From positions 1 through 40,318 of the forward strand of contig JAUCBJ010005024.1 in the NCBI GenBank assembly GCA_032718475.1: DNA of 40,318 nt. The letters are read 5' to 3'. Below are positions 31,580 to 40,318 of the stretch, one piece after another (positions within the stretch are counted from its first letter, which is position 1; the number at the start of each line of letters is the position of its first letter). Origin of the DNA: Nemertoderma westbladi (taxonomy: Eukaryota; Animalia; Xenacoelomorpha). Position numbers and translations under genes: made by a program. The notes beneath the pieces are model-generated. The model searched no databases. It was not told the DNA's origin and worked only from the letters and a program-made list of their open reading frames with translations.

Positions 31580-34500
31580 CATGATTGTTTGGCTAGTGTC
31601 GTTCAAACGTACTAATACCCTTAAGGTGGTGGTGTGGTGGGTAAGAACTGTCTTGGATGCGACTGTTGTGGATCGTGGATTCATAGCAAGTGCCTCGGGC
31701 TCGTTGCCTCGGATATTCCTATCTTCGGAAAAAAGTAAAAACTGCAAAATAATATGCAACACCTGTGAATCGCGAGGTGCCGTCAGTTTGACAACGAATG
31801 CTGCAAAAATGATGGTTCCGTTTCAAATTCTGAATCGCTAATATCAGTCATCGCCAAACTGGAAGATAAAATAACAAAGGATTTCAGTTTGTTGAGATCC
31901 GAAATCGATAATCTTAGAGATCCATCTAGAGAAGATCCGACTGAGGAGGCCTGGACAAAGGTTAGACATCGGAATAGTAAATCCCGGCCGGTGTCGCCAG
32001 CGGTTCAAATGACTGCGGAGGATGTGGATCGCGAGGTTCAAGAACAGCGAAAACCGGAGTATAATATAGTTGTTCGAGGTTTAGAGGTAGCCCTATCAAC
32101 CGATGATTCTGGGACGGAAAAGATTTCTGCTCTGTTGGAGTCTGAATTCGATCAGAAAGATGTAGTAGCATCAGTATTATCAAACCTACCGCCAAGGGAT
32201 GGTAAGCCTGCGCGTGTCATAGTCTGCCTCTCGAACATGGATTCCAAGAATCATATTATGGCTAAAAAGAAAAAACTCCGAAATTCGACCGCGTATACTG
32301 GCGTTTACATCGACAACGACCTTACCCGACTTCAGGCCGAGCAGCACTTCCTTAAACGAGAAGCTATGCGTAACGAACGACAATTCAGATCAAAAGGAAC
32401 CCGCTCATCTAGCACAAATCTGCCACGGAGCCCACAACCGAAATCTATTGGCACACATATTGAAGTCGATCCAACCTCTCCCTCTTCGGAAAACGCTTAA
32501 ACGGAGGAAAACAACCCTGTAAAGATCCGTTTACTGAATGCTGCCTAATCACCGCGCGATCCCTTAACAATAAACTCAATAACCTCGAACTATTTTTAGA
32601 ATCTAACGATTACGGGATAGTTGGTATTACAGAGTCTTGGCTAAATGATACAACCACTGACAAGATGATTAGTAACAACGGCGAATATCGAGTATTTCGT
32701 AACGATCGCGCCACTCGGGGTGGCGGTGTTACTGTACTCGTCCGATCTGATATAAAATGTTTCCAATGTAAATTGCCAGCTCGTTTTGAAAATACTGAAA
32801 TTTTAGCTGTTGATTTGTTAGGAAGTTCCCCAAGTCGTGTTATATGTGTATATCGGTCAGGAACTATCGCTACTATAGATTCGGATAAACTTCTAACTGA
32901 GTGCCTATCTCTCCTTTGTGAATTCAATACGCCATGTGTTGTTACCGGTGATTTTAATTTACCTGAATATGATTGGTTGAACATTTCACATCCTATGAAT
33001 GCAACCTACAAATTATTTGATTAATTATTTTAGATTTAGATTTAGATTTAATTATTTGATTATATCAAATTATTTTGTTTTATGGATAATGGTTTAACCC
33101 AGTCGCAGTTAAAACCCTCCCGCGATAATAACATTCTAGATCTTAAGTTTTTTCCAGTGAGGATATGTTTGTTTCTAATGTAGATGTTACTGATAATTTT
33201 AGTACTAGTGACCATGCATCTGTAATTTTTAATATTTTATATGCTGATCTAGCCCTACATCTGATGAAAACATAGGTTTTTATGATTTTAAGAATGGTAA
33301 TTTCAGTCAATTTTCTAGTTATATGGAAAGTATTGATTGGCACAGATTATTTGAGGAGTGCATTTCGGTTAATGATTTTTGGGATCTATTTAGTGCCACA
33401 GTCCGTACAGGAATTGAGCGATTTGTACCCTTTAAAAATATTGTGACAACGGGCAAGAAGAAGGTTTTCCCTGAGTTTGTTCGTCTATTACAACGAAAGA
33501 AAAAACGTTTATGGCGGCGACGTCATACAGTTAACGGCAGTTCAGTTAACTGTCTACCTTCAATTTGGTTAACAGCATACGTAGTTCCTATTTACAAAAA
33601 GGATGATGCTTCCAATCCTTATAACTACAGACCTGTTTCTTTGGCATGCATTGCCTGTAATGTTATGGAAATGTGCATTAAGGACAAACAACTTGATTAC
33701 TTATATTCTCATAAACTTATATCCAAATCCACGGTCTACCTGTACTCAATTGTTACAATGTACTAATGATTGGTGCAATATATTAGATAAACGACAGAGC
33801 ATTAACACAATTTATATTGACTTCGCGAAAGCCTTCGATTCTGTTGTACATAAGAAATTACTTGCCAAACTATCTGCCTTTGGTATATCTGGAGATTTGC
33901 TACTATGGCTAACTGCATTTTTATCGGATCGTAGCCAACGTGTTGTGGTTGGGAATAGTTTTTCCGATGTATTTTATCTGGTACCCCTCAAGGTAGCGTT
34001 CTTGGTCCACTTTTGTTTGTCCTCTTTATAAATGACCTACCGGATGTAATTAATGATATTGTATCTTGCAAATTGTTTGCCGACGATGTTAAGCTGTACG
34101 CGCGTTCCTCAGATCGACTTTCACTCGCGGAATCGTTATTAGCTTTGGAAAAGTGGGCTGATGTATGGCAACTTAAAAATGCAGGTCAGAAATGTAGCGT
34201 GCTTTGCATCGGTTCGGCAGATAGCAACGATACACAGTACATGTTAGGCGGTAAATATTTAAAAGTTGATACTTCCTGTAGAGAACTTGGCATTACAGTG
34301 TGCAGTACTCTAAATTTTGACGTTTATTGTCGCGAACAAGCTGCCAAAGCATTAAAAATGACAAATTTGATTTTTAAATGTTTCTAAACAAACAATCGTA
34401 CTGCCTTAATTACTGCTTTTAAATCTTATGTACGTCTACTTTTAGAATATTGTACTCCCATATGGTCTCCATTTCATTTAGGTAGTATAGACTTACTTGA

Positions 34501-35545
34501 GAGATATTTTTCACGTCGTCTTTTTAAACGTTGTGATTTGGATTGTACAGTAAGCTATCTAGATCGAATTAAACTTTTACATCTTCAACCACTGGAAGTG
34601 CGCCGTATTATTTTTGACCTAAAGATGACTTTCGCTTTTTTTAACAATGAAGTCGACCTAAACTTCTCTGACTTTTTTGCCCTAGCGCCCAGGGCCGGGT
34701 TAAGAGGAAATGGTCGTAAACTGTTTCATCATCAATCTCGCCTTCAAATCTGCAAAAATATTTTCTCCCACAGAGTGGTGTGGAGTTCGCTTGCAGCTGA
34801 AGTTGTAACTTCAACTAATAAATTATTATTTTCGCGCATGATTAAAGAAATTGACCCTCTTTCTTTTTGTAATTTTAATCGCAATATGATAGAGTGATAT
34901 TTTTATTTCCGTGTTCTACTGTATATTTATATTTTGTAATATATTTTTTTTAAATATTTATACTATATTTTAATCTGCGGTATCGTTTGATTCGATCTGA
35001 TATTTATTTTTTTGTTTTATTTCCTTGTACTACTGTATATTTATTTTTATCTTTTGTAATATATGTAAATATTTATACTGTATATTTTTATCTACGCTAT
35101 CGTTAGATTCGATCTGATATTTTTATTTCCGTGTTCTACTGTATACTTATTAGGTTTTTTATATATGATTTTATCCGCTATAATCCTAGTTATTTTATTT
35201 CACTGTTCTACTGTATGTTTTTTTCATCAGCACTACTGTCGACTGTTATTTACTTTAAGATTATTTAAATTACCATTTAATAGGCCTATGTTTTTATCAG
35301 CCCTCTGTATACTATTGATTTTTAAATTACCATTGGATATACTGTATATTTTAATTAGATGCATTGGTCACTTTCTTTCTGATAATTCCGTTTGGTGTCT
35401 GTTTTTATTTTATTTTCTTCTGTGTCTGCTTAGCAACTGTGAGTGTACCTGGTTTTTACCGTAAGTGTACCTAGTTGTTTTTCTCCGGTGACAATTTTAT
35501 TTCATTTTATAATATTTCACTGTGTTAATAATAAATAATAAAATG
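31580..35545 (+). mobile_element. Degenerate CR1/L2-type LINE: PHD-containing ORF1 (about 31630-32500), APE endonuclease-RT ORF2 (about 32540-34897) and an AT-rich repetitive 3' region
   Basis: CDCCGSWIHSKC...ICNTC (PHD); NIVVRGLE...VYIDNDLT; GITESWL, RNDR..GGGV, GDFNLP, SDHA; NYRPVSL, YIDFAKAFDSV, FINDLP, FADDVKL. Many stops and frameshifts; the ends are approximate. Confidence 0.9.
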
Positions 35546-35563
35546 GAGCGGAAAAAAAGAATT

Positions 35564-35632
35564 CGCCACCAGCGGGGATCGAACCCGCGTCTCTCGATAA
35601 ACGTTCAGGTATGCTAACCACTACACCACGGA
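35564..35632 (-). mobile_element. tRNA-derived SINE-like head or tRNA pseudogene
   Basis: Minus strand TCCGTGGTGTAGTGGTTAGCAT...GCGGGTTCGATCCCCGC has pol III A and B boxes and a T-arm, but the anticodon and acceptor stems do not pair. A T run follows. Confidence 0.6.
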
Positions 35633-36100
35633 ATATTCTGGAATACTTTGCAATATTAAATTGACATCAAACGAGTAGTCAAACAAATCAATAGGACCTA
35701 AATAATAATGTATACAAATTGTGTGTATGTATGAAATAGATTAAATGGCCTGCTGGTAGCAGCGGAAGCAAATACCTGCAACCTGCCATTTTTGAACGAC
35801 GATATCTCAGCTATTTATCAACGAAACTAATAGTTATATTTACATATTTAGAATCGTTGCAACGATAGCTTTTCCATTGGTACGAACAAATCACACAAGG
35901 ACGAAGAATATCTACGTTGCGACTGCGGTGCAATATCTACAAAATTATTAATTAATTAATTATTTTAATACAGTAATTATAATAATACATAGGGGGCCTA
36001 TTGTACAACAAATAAAATACTTTATTTACCTTTTCGCGCCTCGATCTGACTTATTTACCTACCTCGCTGCGCTCGGTTGGTTAATATCAGATCTCGGGAC

Positions 36101-36241
36101 TAGGGATCGACCGAATTATTCGGTTCGGTACCGAATTATTCGGATCGGTACCGAATTATTCGGTTCGGTACCGAATTTTGCCGAATATGGCATATTCGGT
36201 TCCGGCCGAATTTTAAAATTTGAATTACCGAATATTCGGCA
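36101..36241 (+). mobile_element. hAT-like terminal fragment with 20-bp palindromic subrepeats (CCGAATTATTCGGTTCGGTA)n
   Basis: Starts TAGGGATCGACCGAAT, followed by three tandem 20-bp units. Confidence 0.45.
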
Positions 36242-36267
36242 CAAATTGCAAATTACTGTACTACGGT

Positions 36268-37130
36268 AGATGATGATGATGATCGGCTTGCACTAGGGTG
36301 CAGTGCCGGCGGCCCCAGAAACATAGCGCCCCCAGATCTTGCGGTCAGCCATACAATTTCCTAATTCATTCCTGTTCTCAAGTCCTGTGTCCTTGAGCAG
36401 GCGTTTGAGGAAAGTCATTGGCTGTCCACCACGTCTATTCTCGCCAGCAGGCTGCCACAGCACAAGGTTGTGTACAGGTTGATCCTGCCGGCGGAAACAG
36501 TGCCCAGCAAGCATTAGGCGGCGTTGCAGGGTGATGCTAGGTCTTGGCAATGAGATGTTACCATATTTATATAACACCTCATATGCTATGTTGTGCACCC
36601 GGCGAAGCATCCTGGTGTATGTGCCATCCAAGGACCTGCTGTCTTCAGCAGTTAGAGCCCAGCATGGGCTGTCATAGAGCAGCACAGGCTCCACTGCTGC
36701 ACGGAAAAGGCGTACCTTTAAAGAGCATGAGATATCAGAGCTCTTCCAGATCCTGGATAGCTTGTGGATGGCGGACCAGGCTTTCCCTTTGCGAATTTGG
36801 AGATCTTCAGCAGACCTCCGAACCCATGATCCAAGGTAGCAGAAGTCGTTCACATGACTTACCAGTCCATCCAGCGATTGAATGTTATCCCGATCAATTT
36901 TCTGCTGATCTGAATCCATGTTTACTGTCAGAATTTTGGTCTTTGTGCTATTCACAAAGAGGCCAACACTAGATGCAGCCTCCTCTAAGCTAGATAGCAG
37001 CTTCTGTGCTCCTTCTAATGTCTCTGACAGTAAACCAAGGTCATCTGCAAAGTCAAGGTCGGTTAGATGTTCTGCTGGGGAACCACGTCTACGGCTACCT
37101 GATGGTGGAGATATTTCCACCCCACTACGG
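36268..37130 (-). mobile_element. Second 5'-truncated RTE-type LINE, diverged from the 30369-31423 copy, with an (ATC)n tail
   Basis: LTDLDFADDLGLLSE, DFCYLGSW, LAGHCFRRQDQP. After the stop comes TGCAAGCCGATCATCATCATCATC. Confidence 0.88.
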
Positions 37131-38646
37131 TAGAAGCAACATGCTGACATCAGAACATGGCCTGATAAGACAGATTTTATAATATCTGACCTGAATATGT
37201 AAAATATGATTAAGGCTTAAACTGTTAGGCGAAGTAGCAGTAGGCCTACCGACTGACCGAGTTCAAATCCCACTTGCCGACATACTTTTTTGTAATGACA
37301 TTTTTAGCACTCAATCGGCAGATCGGGACAAAATTTGAATTATATCCTTAAATTTGGTATGCCTATAAACCAATATAGGATTGCATTGATTTTATTTTTT
37401 TGGCGAAAAAAGTAAATTAAAATATTTTCCTTGGTGGAATTTCTTAAATTTTATTACATAGGCCTATATTGAAATAGCATCCAAGTAGACAAGGTATGCA
37501 AGTAATTTGAGCAAATCCATTCACACACTCAAAAGTTATTGCAAATTTAGTGCAGTAGTTTCTGCAAGGCGAACTACAAAACGTAACTCAATATCGAATA
37601 TCCAATATTTGGTTTACAGGTTTATGTAGTTAAACACTTATACTGACTTAAGCGGCTCTCAGTTACTTAATAAAGATTCAAGAACACTAAACTATTTAAC
37701 ATTGAATAAGACAGAATCAGGATTTGAAGAGTACAATAATTGAAATCGCAGTAACTATGGAAGCAATATAGGCCTACTGATATAGTAAAATACTACAGTT
37801 CTATTTACATTGGGAAAAAAATTCTAGCTCACCCAGCAAGGAGGAGGGAGGTGAAACTATCTCTGTTTCAAATTTCATGCAATCTCATTACGATTTGTAG
37901 AAAAATCGGTTGAACTCATTAAATAAAATATCTCAAGTATAGTTTAGTAATCAAAATAATATTCTGCATTATTTAACCGTGCAATTAATAATAATTAATT
38001 TTACTAATAGAGAACTAAAAGACTAATGACACTAAATATGAAAATAGCAAGGTAATCAAATCGTCCCACTTATGAGTTATTGGCAAAGGATTATCCAATA
38101 TCCAACACGATCGACGCGAGTCTGCTTCCATGTACCGGAACACGGTTCGCACAAACCCAGGGATCTGATCCGATCTTTCTCGGAACAGTACGGTGGCGGG
38201 AAATTTGAAAAATATCACAATAATTTTATTTACCGTATTTATTTATACGGTGTCATTGTCATATTATTCTGTATCCTGTATCATTAGGCTATCGGTCTAA
38301 CTTACCACTGTACCACAGTACTGCAACTGCTGTACCTGCTTGCTGCTGGTATTAAGTCAGTAAGTTGTTTTAGCCTGAAGAAAGACCCCGTAAGCAAGGG
38401 ATCGGGTCATATACTTTGGGGACCGACCTTTTCAACCGTTTCTAATGCGTAAGCGTACCGATACCTACTGTATTGCTTGACTGCCTGATTTTTTTGGTTA
38501 TACTATGATGTGGTGACTATGACTGTATGACTATTGCAGTATTTGGTATTGACCATCTGACTGTCTGACCATGTGACTACTTAGGGCCTACTGTCTAACC
38601 GTGCCGTGACCATATGGATTCTTTCAATTGTTAAAGTGATCGTATT

Positions 38647-38767
38647 TTGTTTTGGTTAGAAAAGCCCGCCTCTGTCTGCTCTTTTCCCTCAATTGGTAAA
38701 GTGGCCGTTTATTGTTTTGGTTAGAAAAGCCTGCTTCTGTAACCTGCTCCTTTCCCTCAATTGGTAA
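38647..38767 (+). promoter_or_regulatory. Duplicated 53-56 bp block upstream of AGA with reverse CCAAT boxes and one GC-box-like CCCGCC
   Basis: TTGTTTTGGTTAGAAAAGCC...TTTCCCTCAATTGGTAA occurs twice, 120-240 bp before the ORF. Confidence 0.4.
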
Positions 38768-38887
38768 GCCAGTAAGCTGACCGACAGACCGATACTAGTA
38801 GGCTACATAGATATATACTGATATATAGTACTGTATAGTACGGTACAATCAATAGGACCTACGCTGACGCTAGACGCTACTGCAATA

Positions 38888-40000
38888 ATGAATCACTGTT
38901 TCGCCCTATTTTCTATGACTACCACCACCGGCTATAATAATAACCACGGCGCACTGATGCTGAATTGTAAATTAATTATTCTAACATTGCTGCTTATTAT
39001 AACTCCTTGTACCGTTACTTCCGGTCAGTTTGTAGTAACAACGTGGAACTTTACGAGGGCGACACGCGAGGCGTGGGAGGCCCTTTCCGAGGGCGGGGGA
39101 GCGATGGACGCGGTAGAGAGGGGGTGTTCGTGGTGCGAGTCAGACCTCCGGGTGGGTAGCGTTGGGTTCGGGAACCATCCGGACGAGTCCGGGGAGACTA
39201 CGCTGGACGCCATGGTGATGGAAGCGGAGTCAATGCGAGTCGGCGCGGTCGCCGATTTGCGACGCGTTAAATCCGCGGTATCCGTAGCGCGGGCTGTTCT
39301 AGAACACACGAAACTTACGATGTTAGTCGGAGAATCCGCTACGAAGTTCGCCGTTGCTATGGGGTTTGTTAACGAGTCCTTAACGACAAAGTTCTCGCAT
39401 AACGAGTGGTTGCTATGGAAACGGAATCGATGCCAACCGAACTATTGGCGTCACGTGACCCCAGATCCCAGCGCGTCTTGCGGCCCTTATAAACCGTTAC
39501 CAAGAAAACAACCTTGGAAGTATCCTATTGGACATGAGTATTTGGTTGGCGTTAGTAACCACGACACTATAGGTATGATTGCCGTCGACCGGGATGGGCG
39601 CGTTGCTGTCGGGACTTCCACCAACGGACTCGATCATAAGATCCCCGGTCGTGTTGGCGACTCTCCCATCCCCGGCGCCGGGGGATACGCGGACTCTACG
39701 GCAGGGGGCGCTGCCGTCGCCACTGGAGACGGTGACGTCATGATGCGGTACCTCCCGGCCCTCCGGGTTGTCGAGTGGATCCGCTCAGGCGTTGCCCCTG
39801 GCGACGCGGCTCGGAAGGCTATTGCTTTTATAGCCAATCGGGAGCCGGGGTTCTCCGGAGCAGTGGTAGCCGTGGATACGGTGAAGCGGCGTCATGGGGC
39901 GGCGTGTCGCGGTTTTCCCGAGTGGGGAAACATTTTCCCCTACAGTGTGGCCGACACTGACGGTCGGGTTTCTTTGTTTCGGGTTAAATGTAATTCATAA
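38888..40000 (+). CDS. AGA: N(4)-(beta-N-acetylglucosaminyl)-L-asparaginase (glycosylasparaginase), intronless; likely start Met at 38957
   Basis: [30 protein letters not shown], autocleavage motif [34 protein letters not shown]. Hydrophobic signal peptide [10 protein letters not shown]. Confidence 0.96.
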   Translation: MNHCFALFSMTTTTGYNNNHGALMLNCKLIILTLLLIITPCTVTSGQFVVTTWNFTRATREAWEALSEGGGAMDAVERGCSWCESDLRVGSVGFGNHPDESGETTLDAMVMEAESMRVGAVADLRRVKSAVSVARAVLEHTKLTMLVGESATKFAVAMGFVNESLTTKFSHNEWLLWKRNRCQPNYWRHVTPDPSASCGPYKPLPRKQPWKYPIGHEYLVGVSNHDTIGMIAVDRDGRVAVGTSTNGLDHKIPGRVGDSPIPGAGGYADSTAGGAAVATGDGDVMMRYLPALRVVEWIRSGVAPGDAARKAIAFIANREPGFSGAVVAVDTVKRRHGAACRGFPEWGNIFPYSVADTDGRVSLFRVKCNS

Positions 40001-40318
40001 CGAACCCGGGGGTTGGAACTCGAGGACGTAACTAGGGAGATAAATTCTGTATCTCTATATCAGTCGAGTCGCTTTTGAAGTCAATTCTACGACTAATTGA
40101 TTTTATTAAGAGTTTAATTAACTTATTTTATTATGCAATGTTCAGTTTACTGAAGACTCATCATATTATTTTTATATTAATGAATCACAAATTTCGTCGC
40201 CGTTTTGATATTATTAATTTATTCATGTAAAAATTTAAATATTAAAGTCTTTAAATATTATTTAGTTTTACCTAATAGTATATATCCAGTTGGTAGACGA
40301 CATTAAGTCAACCTAAGG

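Noticed and set aside
35165-35464. 99-aa hydrophobic ORF
   Set aside because: T-rich low-complexity sequence in the LINE 3' region; the hydrophobicity reflects base composition.
35564-35632. Functional tRNA gene
   Set aside because: The acceptor and anticodon stems do not form, and a related decayed copy at about 7850 points to a SINE-like repeat.

Overview
Eukaryotic (invertebrate animal-like) window. A minus-strand Sp1-4-class zinc-finger transcription factor gene runs from ATG 26910 through five frame-consistent exons, and its third finger lies beyond position 1. An intronless plus-strand glycosylasparaginase gene (AGA, 38888-40000) is transcribed divergently. The introns and the intergenic space are filled with repeats: a 44-49 bp satellite (1-5322), a 37 bp satellite, MITE-like elements, an internally deleted P/THAP element with an 8-bp TSD, a Merlin transposase interrupted by an RTE LINE, a degenerate CR1-type LINE and a second RTE. 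The standout is a young 12.9-kb BEL/Pao LTR retrotransposon in Sp intron 3 (9256-22167; 1207-bp LTRs with 4 mismatches seen; TSD AGGTG). It keeps an intact Gag-protease ORF but has lost RT and integrase. In the env position it carries an intact ORF for a DEDDy (WRN/EXD/Mut-7-like) 3'-5' exonuclease with CCHC zinc knuckles, preceded by a long RNA hairpin and an ATGA stop-start uORF. It has no tRNA PBS; instead an 11-nt site is perfectly complementary to its own LTR, which suggests Tf1-type self-priming. All family assignments come from motif recognition by eye, without database searches.
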